DNA from: Octopus bimaculoides
Taxonomy: Eukaryota
Direction of reading: 5' to 3'
Assembly (NCBI RefSeq): GCF_001194135.2
Contig: NC_068986.1
Span: 72,848,038 to 72,912,037, forward strand
Length of the DNA stretch: 64,000 nt
Position numbers and translations under genes: made by a program. The notes below the pieces were generated by a model, which was given only the letters and a program-made list of their open reading frames with translations, made no database searches and was not told the origin of the DNA. This document shows positions 12,903-25,590 of the stretch, in pieces (position 1 is the first letter of the stretch; the number at the start of each line of letters is the position of its first letter).

Positions 12903-13268
12903 GTAATAGTGGCCGATGTCAGTGTCATGTAACTAGCACCCATGTCACTGGCACATAAAAACTACCTTTCGAGCATTTGGCCTCATGGAGGCAATGACAA
13001 ATGACCGAGACCTTTGGCAATATGCCATGCTTGAGAAGAAAACCCATCAGGCCAAGTCAAATTGTAGCCATGGCAGATACTGGTGGCACCCATGCAGGTG
13101 ACACATAAAAGCACCCATTACACTCTCGAAGTGGTTGCTGTTAGGAAGGGCATCCAGCCATAGAAACCATGCCGAACCAGACTGGAGGTGCAGTCCCTCA
13201 GCTTACCAGCCCTGGTCAAACCATCCAACCCAAGCCAGCATGGACAATGGATGTTAAATGATGATTAT
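12903..13268 (+). mobile_element. RTE 3'UTR-derived short retroposon
   Basis: Same 3' end as 7330-7744 (aggaagggcatccagc...aaatgatgat). Also at ~8030-8256, ~22960-23217, ~52935-53085 and ~60985-61115. Confidence 0.75.
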
Positions 13269-13483
13269 GATATATATATATTTGTATTTTAATATATACA
13301 CACACATATATATATCACAGGCTTCTTCCAGTTTCCATTTGCCAAATGCACTCACAAGGCTTTGTTCAGTCAGGGCTTACAGTAGAAGACACTTGCACAA
13401 GGTTCTGTGTTGTGAGAGTGAACCTGAGATCACAAGGTTCTAAAGCAAGTTTCTTAACCATACAGCTATATATATATATATAT

Positions 13484-13799
13484 GAGCGTGGCCGTTGCCA
13501 GTACCGCCTGACTGGCTCCTGTAGGATTTTCGAGCGAGATCGTTGCCAGTGCCCCTGGACTGGCTTGTGCGGGTGGCACATAAAAGACACCATTTCGAGC
13601 GTGGCCGTTTTCGTGCGGGTGACACGTAAAAGCACCCACTACACTCTCTGAGTGGTTGGCGTTAGGAAGGGCATCCAGCTGTAGAAACTCTGCCAAATCA
13701 GACTGGAGCCTGGTGTTGCCATCCGGTTTCACCAGTCCTCAGTCAAATCGTCCAACCCATGCTAGCATGGAAAGCGGACGTTAAACGATGATGATGATA
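13484..13799 (+). mobile_element. Young RTE-tail short retroposon inserted in (TA)n
   Basis: CpG-intact copy ending ggacgttaaacgatgatgatgat, flanked by TA runs. Related to 48963-49140, 24601-24755 (-) and 49975-50060 (-). Confidence 0.8.
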
Positions 13800-14003
13800 T
13801 ATATATATCTAAAGCACAGTTTGGTCAACCATCTAAGAAGTTTGCATTGTAATCACAAGAGTACAAGTTTGATCCCACTGCATGGTGTCTCAGATAAGTG
13901 CCATTTTCTATAACCTTGAGTCAACTTGTACCTTACAAGTGAAATTGCATTTTCCTGTAGCTTTCTTGTACAAATTAACATGTTGATTGTTTGTCTAATA
14001 ATG

Positions 14004-14326
14004 TAGCAGTTCTCAAATATTTTTTTGCTTATGGACCCCTTTGATAACTATTTTACTCAGGGGAACCCCCAAAGCCATTCAATGCTTAAAAACTAGTTTA
14101 ATAGATACTTCTTTCAAAATTCCTAGTTTCTTTTTCACGCGTTCACTTGTGTAGGTTTGCAATAACACTCTCTGTGAGAACATGTTTCAGTGGTTGGAAA
14201 CATGTTAAACTATGTAAAACGTTAGAAAAACAGCCTAAAATTTCTTTCATAAATTCATAAAGTACTACTGTGGATCCTCAATTTTGGACCCTCAGAGGTC
14301 ATATAGACCCTAGTTCAGAACCACTC
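14004..14326. mobile_element. hAT MITE (cagtggttctcaa-type), degenerate
   Basis: Similar along its length to 54035-54364. Confidence 0.6.
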
Positions 14327-14669
14327 ACTTAGTGGCTCACTGAGATTTCACCAACATCTTCTCTGAGATAACTCAGAGAACTAAGAGACAGTATAACAGT
14401 TTTCTGGCTGTCAAAAAGATGAAAACATTGAAATTACCTGGAACTTATCGAAAATGGTGACCAATCTTTAAGAACAAGATTATTCAACTTCATTCTTAAA
14501 ATGTAGGAAACTCAAACAGTACCTATAGATCTAAAGGATATTCTCATTGTTACAATTTTTAAGTAAAGAGATCATAGCACTTGTGGAAACAATCATGGCA
14601 TATTTCATTTCTTCATCCAAGAAATCTTTACCAAAAATATATATTATATATATCATTTATACAATCTAT

Positions 14670-14701
<32 letters not shown>

Positions 14702-14726
14702 ACAATATATAATATATGTATATAAT

Positions 14727-14873
14727 AGGCACAGGCATGGCTGTGTGGCTAAGAAATTCATATCCTAACTACATCGTTTCAGGTTCAGCGCCACTACATG
14801 GCACCTTAGGCAAGCGTCTTCTTCTATAGCTCCAAGTCAACTAAAGCCTTGTGAAACTGAAAGAAGCCTGCTG
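14727..14873 (+). mobile_element. SINE family A, 5' part
   Basis: Head aggcacaggcatggctgtgtgg...gaaactgaaagaagcc. Confidence 0.75.
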
Positions 14874-15479
14874 TATGTGTGTGTGTGTGTGTGTGTATGC
14901 TTGTGTATGTATGTGTGTGTGCTTTTATGTGTGTACGTGTATGCATTATATATCTACACTTCTATCTATCCTTATTTAGAGCTGAGGGTTTACCAATCTA
15001 GAAGTGAAACAATAAGTAGGAAATTGTTTTTATTCAGAGTGGATAAAACACAGGAAATTTTTATCTAGGGTCAATAAGACATGGGAAATAAACCAAGATA
15101 TCATTGGAAAGAAAGTCTGTTTGAAATTGCATAGAAGTGCTTACTCTAAGATGAATATAAGTCTAAACCTATAACAAACAAAGGTCAAGAGGAGTCTCTC
15201 TTCATGGAACTAATCAAGGATCCAGTTGTAGGGACTAATGCCAAATGAGAAAGAACTGCAAAGCATAGTATTAACTGGTCTGATAGTTGAAATATAAGTA
15301 CACGCACCACAACAATATTCCAAAATCTTTGGTTCCAAAGCCTTTTCAGATTACTAATTTTTCTGAACTAGGAATGCTCACCTTGGTCAACACACTGTTA
15401 ATTAAACAGATATTCAATTTAATATAAAAGCTACTAGTAGGTACCAATAAACTAGTCTGGTAGCTGTAGGAATTTAAAG

Positions 15480-16620
15480 TTCCTGCTTATATATTAGTGT
15501 GGATTAAAAGGGGTCCCAGACCATCAGTGTCTGTAAAACCAGTGTTGTATACATGTATTTGGGATAAAATTTCTCAATAGCTCAAGAGATGCAGTTGATT
15601 GAATAAACCTTAGAATGAACTCTGTACGACTCACAGCATGTAAAAATGCCTTACATTGACTTACATTGAAGAAAGAAAGTCTGACTTGAATTGAGTTGAA
15701 GGTATTGACAAGGATGTGTGTTATAAAGAAGATCAACTGATATGAAGAGGTGGATAAAAGAGGTTGTGGATTATTTGTGTAAGATATTCACTCCAGAGAA
15801 AAATCAATCAAGGATTTATTTTGCAATTTGTGCTCATTAAGGGTGGGGGAAGAAAAACAGATGTAAATAGTAAAAATAATGATAATAGTGATGATGATGA
15901 TACTATCATTACAACATGGCAACCCATAGAACCTATACTGGAATGGGTTGCATGAGTTGCAATAGTCTGAGTTAGTTCATATTCAGTGTTACTGCTCTCA
16001 GAGATATGTCAGAGGATTATGCCGTTCAATATGCTCTATTATGGCATGATTTCTATTACTTCTTATTACCATTTCATAAGTGCATTTTATCATGGCACCA
16101 GCACTAGAGAGATGGCCTTGTCTCCTGCAAGACTAAAGTGTTTTCTCTACTCTGTATTACAGTTCAAAAGGTAAATATGACTGAAAGGATGGATAGAGGA
16201 GGAAGTGATAACTAAGAAGATGAAAGAAGAGTGTCGGTGTGAAATAGTGATGGTAGTGAAAGGATGACAGAGGTGTGAGTAATGCAAGAAAATTATGATT
16301 GAAAAACAACATGAATGGCATGATGGGATAACAATAAATATGGCTTGTGATAAGAATGAGTGATAGGGTATTGTAAGATATCAATGGAGAATTACATCAA
16401 GGAAAAATAGCTTAGAGTGGTAGAGGGATAAAGATGTAATAGGGGTGACGATAGTTTGAATATAGAGGGATCAAATCAAATGCTGTTCCTAAATACGTAG
16501 GCAGTGTGTAGTGAATAAGCAATTGGGTAATGAAGAATGCAGTAGATGGAGATTTAACGAGGGAGAAATCCAATACAAATATCTTATACACCCCAACTTC
16601 CATTGCCACCATCATTTTTA
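15480..16620 (-). mobile_element. Highly decayed LINE relic
   Basis: Purine-skewed segment with LINE-like peptide fragments (ORF 15524-15736); no clear catalytic motif. Confidence 0.3.
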
Positions 16621-16795
16621 TGTTTGCCATGCTTGCATTTTTGAGCTGGTCTTCTCTAGCATTGCATATCACCATTCATCACAGTTTTATATATGTGTGT
16701 ATACATGTAATAAAAACACACAAACACAAGATGCTTTATTTTGAGGTGTGTAACATTAGGAAAAAAAAACTGCAAGAATTGATCTTTAACCTTTT

Positions 16796-17192
16796 AGGCA
16801 CAGGTGTGGCTGTGTGGTAAGAAGCTTACTTCCTAACCACATAGTTCCACGTTCAGTTACACTATGTGTCACCTTGGGCAAGTGTCTTCTACTATAGCCT
16901 CGGGCTGACCAAAAACTTGTGATTGGATTTTGTAGAGAGAAACTGAAAGAAGCTTGTCATATATATGTATAATGTGTGTGTGTGTGAGTTTGTCCCCCCA
17001 CCACTGATTGACAACTGGTGCTGGTGTATTTACGTCCCCATAACTTAGCAGTTTGGCAAAAGAGACTGATAGAATAAGTACCAGACTTTTAAAAAGTAAG
17101 TACTGGGGCTGATACATTTGACTAAAAAAAAATTCTTCAAGGTGGTGCCCCAGCATGGCTGCAGTCTAATTACTGAAACAATTAAAGATAAA
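16796..17192 (+). mobile_element. SINE family A
   Basis: Full-length match to 1635-2042. Confidence 0.85.
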
Positions 17193-17464
17193 AGGTAAAT
17201 CCTTTTGCATTCAGATTGCTCTGTCAAATGTAATGTTTATTTATTTACATTGTTTTGAATTCATCATGCATTAACTTTTAGCTTTGAGATTTCAGTGTGA
17301 TTGTTTACTTTTACTATGATAATGTATGGTAGGTGTAAGAGACTGGACTTGGCCAGTTTGAGCGTAAAAACAAATAGAATATTTTGGCCAGATATTGCCA
17401 GTTTAAATGTTCAAAGGTTAAATGTATAGTGGCGGAACAATTTAAGTATTTAGCCATGAGTTAA

Positions 17465-17684
17465 CCCTTTAGCATTTAAATTAGCCATATCAGGCCAAAA
17501 TATTCTACTAGTTGTATGTTCAAACCAGCCAGATCCAGTCTCTCATACTTACCCTACAATGTCATTCTTAAAATAATCAATCACATCATCGAAATATCAA
17601 AGCTACAAGATAATAGATGACAAATCCAAAACAATATCAATAAATAAGCATTACATTTAACAAAGAAATCTGATTGCTAAAGGG
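17465..17684. mobile_element. piggyBac-like MITE, intact
   Basis: TTAA TSD and TIR ccctttagca/tgctaaaggg. Related copies at ~2297-2515, ~17205-17420 and 37011-37230. Confidence 0.8.
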
Positions 17685-19197
17685 TTAATAGTTTATACTT
17701 TCACACTGTCCAATATCTTGAGCACAGAATATTCATTTTTATATTTATCTGAGCCTATTTTGATAACAGATAGGTGCTGTTCCTATTTCACAGACTGATT
17801 AGCATTACAAACACTTTCTAACCAGTTTTCAATTTTCAGACTTCATTCAAAATATCGGAATTTACAAAACTATCCCTGAATCATACCACAAATTATTTAG
17901 ATTGCTAAAAATATCCTACCAATGTCAATTTAGTAAAAGGCAACTTGAAATACACACATGCGCGCACGTGTGCACACAAACACACACACACACACACAGG
18001 TACTGTAACATGTATTGCTGTACAAACATACAGGTACATTCTTTTAGATTTATAATTACAGTGTTCACAAACTATTCAACTTGACTGACCACTGGAATGA
18101 TAAGATTTTGTTCCAATTTGCTGGTTTTTCTGATTTTCTTTTTTAATTCATCTAAATATGTGATAAACTGACCTAATTGTGTATGTATAGAGGTGAGATG
18201 TATTCAGAGTAGTGATGTGTTTAAGAAAGTGAAGAAAGTAAACCAATTGGTACATTAGATTATACAATGTCATTTAATATTCACAGAAGTTTAAATAAGT
18301 CAATACAGATGGTAGAAAGCCAGACTGTATATTATCTAACTATAAACCTTACATATCTAAATTAAAATCCTTGAGTGGGATGGGCTAGGGGGAATGGGGT
18401 CATCTCGTCTTTCTTCTTTTCAAAGTCATTTAAATAGTACAAGTATAGATTTCATTCAATTATTCCTGATTCCATTTGAAAAGTGACTTTGTGATTAAAT
18501 AAATTGTTAAATCAACAGATATTTTGTTGTATCTTGGGAGAGCTGTTTTGCCCAAAGAAACACATAGTGGTTGTATTTCACTTCTTTGTAACTGATTCTG
18601 TCAACTCGCCGTGTTAGTTGACTAATAATAATAAAAAGAAGTGAAACAGAATCAGTACATGTGCTTCTTATTGACAAAATGATCCTCCCAAAAACATAAC
18701 AACACATGTTTCCACATGAAGAATCTTATAAAATAAATACAAAAACAAAATAACAGTAATTTCCATTTAAGAATGTTTTTCCTAGTAACAAACTTTGCCT
18801 TTAATTATGTAGTGTTGCTTTATGTGACTGACCAATTTTTACTTAGGCCTTATTTGTATAAGCATTGAAAGTCAGACATATTAAATATACAAACTATTTG
18901 AGTATGGTATGTTTCTGAATATTCATAACATTATGCAGTGGTGGTGCTATAGATTATCTCCAGCAACATGTCTGGATAATGACCTAACCAAACATTAAGC
19001 AGCTAAAATGCTACTTGTTCACACATTTGGAGAGAAGCCAACATTAATTATTTAGCTGATACCTTTCAAGTTTTTATTCAAATATTGTCTGTACATGGAA
19101 ATCTGATGAAAACAAAAGAAAGAACAAAAAATGATATATATTATTGAAAATAATCACTGCTATATGAATATGTTAATTTTGTTTTATTTATTTGTAG

Positions 19198-19788
19198 CAT
19201 TGGACCACAAAGACACTATTCTTTGGGACAACTATAAAGATTCTATTGCATATCTGTATGAATACCTCCTCCAGCTATTAAGGGATAAATTTTACTTGGA
19301 GAACCAAAATGAGTTTCAAAGAAGGATTGACTTTCTCGGCCATGTTCACACTTATTTATCAAATCCTGGAAATTTCAAATATGTAACTCTCTCAGCTTCA
19401 TTCATTCATTATACAATCTCAGTTATAATTGAAACTATACACATTATAGTTTGCCTAAATATAAGCAAAAAAGCTTTAAACTCTGGAATTATTCCGGTCA
19501 GTTGCGGAACACACTATCAAATGAAAAATTTGCTTTCAATGGCCAAAGATTTAGAGGAGCGTGTCTTTCACTTGGAGAAGTCTGTTGAAAAAGTTTGTTG
19601 CAAAACAAACACAGCATCAAATCTTCAGTCGTTATCCAAAATCATGGAGCAAATCAAAAACATTAAATCAATTTCCAAATATTTGTTGAAGTCATCTATT
19701 CACTTAGCTGATATTTTAACAAAGAAAGTTGATAGTAAATTACGGTATTTTGACTGGATGTCACTCACTGTTTCTGTTCTCTGTGTAG
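19198..19788 (+). CDS. Large internal exon (591 bp) of uncharacterised protein
   Basis: Lies inside the 221-aa ORF 19131-19796. Acceptor ttatttgtag|CA, donor G|GTAAGT, phase 1/1. Contains a coiled-coil-like stretch AKDLEERVFHLEKSVEK. Confidence 0.8.
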
Positions 19789-21377
19789 GTAAGTAAATTA
19801 ACTTCACTTTTGGTTATTTTTGTAATTTGACCATCTCATTTGTCATACTGGATTACATTAACCAATGTGTCTTTCCTTTTTCAAGACAGCAGAGTAAGGT
19901 TTGAGGGAGATTTGGTTGCTACTTTTAACAAGTTAAATAATTCCTTATAGTGTCTTTTGTTAGACTGTATGACCAGACATTAAAATAATTGGAGCAGTTA
20001 TCCAATGGTAGGGAGAAATTAAATCACAGAAGATAGTGTGCCATTTAAGATGGAACTAGCTGTGAAAATTGAGTCCAAAAAAGAGATTGTATGATTTATG
20101 TCACAAATTCAGTAGTAAAATATTTGTAGCTTTAATAAAAAAAAAAATATTTTCTTGTGAGAGGAAGTTGAAATTGATGTGTAGCCACCAAGTCAACCTT
20201 GAACATTGCCTGTAAGTTGGATGACTGGGTAAAGAAATATTTAGAGAGAGAAATAGTTTGAGTGGATCTAAATATGTTAAAAACTGACAAATGATAGAGA
20301 CACATCTAGAGATGGTTTGAATGTCTTTTTCAAGAAAGTACAAACAGATTTTCTATCAATATAAATGTTATGAAAATAAGAGAAGTTTGATACGAATATA
20401 GAAAATATTTAATTGCTGGAGAACAAACTGAAAGACAATGTGAAATATGAGCTTCAGAGACAGGATTGGGGAAGGTTGTGTATAGCAGAAATATTAGTTT
20501 AGGAAAAGAATCAATGGCATTTGGTTTGGACAAGTAATGTATGGACAACAGATATGTTGAGTTATAAATAGCAATGAGTTAGCAATAGAGATTTGAAAGT
20601 GCAGGATTATTGAGAGAGATTAGAAGATATAGTCATGTCGAGATATTAAAAGGTACAAGAGTATGGTATATATGTCTGATGATGAACTGTTGTTAGTTAT
20701 CTCAGAGATTAGATGCAGGAGTAGCCAAAAGAAAATTTATAAATATTTGATATGTTTAGATATATTGTTTAGCCCCAAATCAGGTCTGATCAAGAAAACT
20801 TATGATTAGAGATATTCCAGCCATGACCATCTCATTTGTCATACTGGATTACATTAACCAATGTGTCTTTCCTTTTTCAAGACAGCAAAGTAAGGTTTGA
20901 GGGAGATTTGGTTGCCACTTTCAACAAGTTAAATAATTCCTTACAGTGTCTTTTGTTAGACTGTATGACCAGGCATTAAAATAATTGAAAATACAACATA
21001 GGATTAAGTTGACTGGAGTTATAGATGTTCTGCAGAATTCATGTCAGTATGTAAAGATAAAAGTAACTGTGAAACAGTTTGTTACTGTATTTTCTGGCAT
21101 ATAACTCAATGTAGCATATAATATAAACATTCAAACATTGTCACTATCTTTCCAAATCCTGCTGCATTTCACAAGGAAGTTTTGGTCCTTCAAAGTCATC
21201 TTAGTGTGTAAATCAACCTTACCTTTTTGGGGACTGTAAATTTTAGCCTGAAAAATTTGACTTGTATGTTGGAAAATACAGTAAATATTTCATTTTTTAA
21301 AGCAAATTATTAATTGCTATAAATAATCTACTAAATGGTCTGTTTTTTTCCCTTAAAATTTTTTTTTTAATTTTCAG

Positions 21378-21586
21378 GTCAAATAATTCATTCTCTGGTA
21401 ATAAAGAAAGGCAACACAGATTTAAGTCAACTATGTCTCTGGTTTACATGTGTAGGATCATCTGCTGTGGTTGTGCAGCTCCCTCGTATGCAATTTGGCA
21501 TCATACGAAGTATTTTCACCCATCATACGAATGAATACAACAAATTATCAAAACTGTTTCAATTAGAAGTCAAGAAGAAACTTTGA
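21378..21586 (+). CDS. Terminal coding exon of the same gene (GQIIHSLVIKK...LEVKKKL*)
   Basis: Strong acceptor ttttttttaattttcag|GT, phase-compatible with 19788, 68 open codons to TGA at 21584-21586. Confidence 0.7.
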
Positions 21587-21878
21587 AAAATTGGTACCTT
21601 TTAAAAAAGACACTATTTAATAGCTGGAAATTTATATTTATATGTGTACATGTGCATACATATATATGACTAGATGTGTATANNNNNNNNNNNNNNNNNN
21701 NNNNNNNNNNNNNNNNNNNNNNNNNNNNNNNNNNNNNNNNNNNNNNNNNNNNNNNNNNNNNNNNNNNNNNNNNNNNNNNNNNNNNNNNNNNNNNNNNNNN
21801 NNNNNNNNNNNNNNNNNNNNNNNNATATATATATTTATATATATATATATATATTTATATATAATGTGCACATGTATG

Positions 21879-21909
<31 letters not shown>

Positions 21910-22252
21910 TTATATATTTGTTATGCAAGATTCTTGATATGAAATTGCATGTTGAAATCAGATATTGTTATACTTGGGGATGGTCAATTTTGGCCATTAA
22001 ATACACGCACTATATATTTAGTCTTCATTTCAGCTTTATTATTATTATTTTTATTTTAGTTTCTTTCATCACTCATCCTGTGACCCCTTCAGCGACTCTC
22101 TATTCCACATGTCTCCTCTAAGACAAGAGGAGATGTGGGATAGAGAGTCACTGAAGAGGTCACAGGTTGTGTGATGCGACAAATTTTTCTGCTTTTAAAA
22201 AGAAAAATGGATTTTATCCTTTATATCTATACTGTTCAGTAGCTATGCGTTG

Positions 22253-22258
22253 AATAAA
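22253..22258 (+). terminator. Candidate polyadenylation signal AATAAA of the + strand gene
   Basis: First AATAAA seen in the sequenced (non-N) region downstream of the stop codon. Confidence 0.3.
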
Positions 22259-23286
22259 ATTTATCTTTCTACTTGTTCAACCATACATTTCAGCACTTCG
22301 AAAAACAAACTTGTTTATTTACATACGACATAATAATAGTAATAATAATAATAATAATAATAATACAGCTGAAGTGAAGACCAAATATATAGTGTGTGTA
22401 TTTAAGTGGCAAAATATGACCCCCCCCCCACCCAAGTATAACAGTAATATATATTTATATGCATACAATATTACTTCATTATTCTGCTGTTGTAAGTAAT
22501 GTCAGCAGAAACTGTTATTTCATACCAAAAATACTGCCATTTCTATACTGCCAGTCACTACTCCCTCTGTTCTTCATTCTTATCATCATCACCCCAGCTT
22601 ATAATTAAAGCCAACCAACCCCTGTTCAATATCCTCTACATTCATTTATTATGTACATTTAATCACACCCACCCAATGTTTATATCCTTCTCCCACTCTC
22701 CTTTCACATTCTTGCAACCTTACCCATCCTCCCTGATTTTTCTATACTCATGCTCTTTTCTATTCACCTCTTTGGACATGTTAACTTAAGGAGGATACAT
22801 TCTGGTACCTTGTCACATACATAATTCCCTTTTTTCAAGTACTACTCCATCCAACCTCATCCATCCATGTAAAGTGCAAGGTAACCATGAGTCTCCTCCA
22901 CAATAACAAACCTATTACTGCTCCTCCCATCATACTTTTCAACACGTCTCATAAAATGACCACCCTGTATCCTCTTCTCCATTTATATCAAAGAAGCACT
23001 TTGGTCTTGCAAGTTGCAGGCCAACATTACTAGCGTCATCGCCATGAATAAAACACCCAGTGCAATCAATATGATTGGTGTTAAGAAAAGCATCCAGCTT
23101 TAGAAACCAAGCCAAAACTGAGACACTAGAGCAAGATATGGTTGATCCTCTGATCATGCTCAAACATCCAACCCATAACAATATGGAAAGTAGGCATAAA
23201 AGATGAGGATGATGATATACACACACATATATATGTGTGTATATGTATATACACACGTATATATATATGTATATGTATATACACAC

Positions 23287-23329
<43 letters not shown>

Positions 23330-23402
23330 TACACACACACACACATGCATGCCCATACAGTCAATAACACATCTGTATCCACACATCTCATATATATGTG
23401 TG

Positions 23403-23667
23403 TATGGATAATAATAAATGGAGCAAAACGCATGTCAATAAAAGTTCCATTAATTCCTACACATGTTTCGAAATAAATGAGAGTACTTTCACAAAGAAGA
23501 AAGAGCTGTTGGGGCTCCTCATTTATTTCTCTTCAGGGAGTTCATAATAAAACATGTAATAGCAAGACAAAAACAAAATGATGGGGTAACTTACGAGCAG
23601 AGATGTTACATGGTCAGTGACCGTTCTTTTATTGACATGTGTTTTGCTCCATTTATTATTATCCATA
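23403..23667. mobile_element. Short element with 42-bp terminal inverted repeats enclosing a hammerhead
   Basis: Arms 23403-23444 and 23626-23667 differ by 1 mismatch. Confidence 0.7.
23452..23542 (-). ncRNA. Type I hammerhead ribozyme, minimal Penelope-like form
   Basis: Minus strand reads AACUCC-CUGAAGA-GAAAUAAAUGAG...CUCAUUUAUUUC-GAAA-C-AUGU-GUA-GGAAUU: intact core, perfect 12-bp stem II, stem I 5/6 pairs, GUA cleavage triplet. Confidence 0.75.
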
Positions 23668-25194
23668 TCTTCTCAAAATGTATCACTTTAACTTGGTATC
23701 TCTACCTGTAAAACGGCTGTGATATCTTGTTTTTTAGTGTAATTTTGTTACCTCTGGTAACTATTAACGTATTTAAATTATCGAAAGTTTTAATAACTGA
23801 GATAATATTTANNNNNNNNNNNNNNNNNNNNNNNNNNNNNNNNNNNNNNNNNNNNNNNNNNNNNNNNNNNNNNNNNNNNNNNNNNNNNNNNNNNNNNNNN
23901 NNNNNNNNNNNNNNNNNNNNNNNNNNNNNNNNNNNNNTATATATATATATATATATATATGTAATCATTTGTAGAAAACAAATCCGAAAGAAGAAGCACA
24001 CTAAGATGTAGAGCCATATATATCAAAAATGGGGAAGGCCAGTTTATGGGATTACCTTAGGTTTCCTGACCATAAAGGCTCATAGCTTATAGCTTTATGG
24101 CATATCCCAAAAACCTGTTGGCTCAAGACCTCTTAAAAATCTCCTCTTTTCAGCTACTCCACTAAGAATATAACTATCCTGTGTCTTGGGCCAATAGGTT
24201 TTTGGGATCTGATGATACGCCATAAAGCTAAACCCTTTATGGATGGGAAACCTATGGTAACCCCATAAACCAGCCTTCCCCGTTTTTAACACACACACAC
24301 ACACACAGAGTCTTACTTTTGCTGCACCCAGACATCTAGACGCCGTCAGCTTCCTGCCCAGCCATGTGGTCAAAGAAATCCCCTTTTCTAAAGGAACTGC
24401 TATTGCTGAACAACAGATATTACCCTGAAAACACCATGCAACCTGCTTTGACCAATAGCAGCCTATTTCCAGTAGCCATCTTGGACTTCATGTATTTAGT
24501 AATCTAAAGCCTGAAAGAGACGGGCTTCTGTTAGAAGCACATGAAATTTTAAGATGCATAGAGCTGAATCAAACTGTTTTAAATGTTTATGTATATGTAT
24601 CATCATCATCATTTAACGTCCGCTTTCCATGCTAGCATGGTTTGGACGATTTGACTGGGGACTGACGAACCAGATGGCTACACCAGACACCAATCTGATC
24701 TGGCAGAGTTTCTACAGCTGGATGCCCTTATTAACACCAACCACTCCGAGAGTGTAGTATATATATCTAAAAGGTTTTGCAAAAATTACTTTATACAGTC
24801 ACAATATTTGAAGAAATATTTTAACTAATGATTATTAATTATTAAGAAAAAGTTTAAAAACATGACAAACCCTTTTGAAGGAAGTTTTCATATTGTGTGT
24901 AAGCGATTTTGTTATTGAATTTCTCAAACACACGTGTTTTTCTCATATATTTTAAATAGTTGATAAATTTTAAGAAAATATTTCTTCAAATATATATATA
25001 TATCAGTGTTTGATTTATGTTCAGTTATATTTAAAACAATTTGACATTAATCTGATTGGTGACTTTATACTTTTGTAGAGTACAAATTTATTATTCTTAT
25101 ACAAGAATGTTAGTGATGGTGACTTTGAAGTTTTGGCCAATTGGTTGAAACTTCAAAGACATTGTGAACAACATTCTTGTATAAGAATAATACA

Positions 25195-25201
25195 TATATA
25201 T

Positions 25202-25252
<51 letters not shown>

Positions 25253-25304
25253 TATATATATAGTTATATATATAATTGTATATGTATATATATATATAAA
25301 TGTT

Positions 25305-25343
<39 letters not shown>

Positions 25344-25362
25344 AGTTATATATATAAATGTT

Positions 25363-25423
<61 letters not shown>

Positions 25424-25590
25424 GTTATATATATATAATTTTATATGTATATATATAAATGTTTATATAATTATATATGTACATGTGTATGTATATATAT
25501 ATATATGTATACTAGATACATACATATATGTATATGTGTATATGTACATATATATACAAATATGTATGTGTGTGTGTGTGTATGTGTATA
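25195..25590. repeat. Long compound (TA)n/(TG)n microsatellite
   Basis: Direct reading. Similar tracts flank most N-gaps. Confidence 0.95.

Noticed and set aside
18575-18655. Hairpin in intron 1 of the + strand gene
   Set aside because: Complementary blocks are not in nested order, so no single stable stem.
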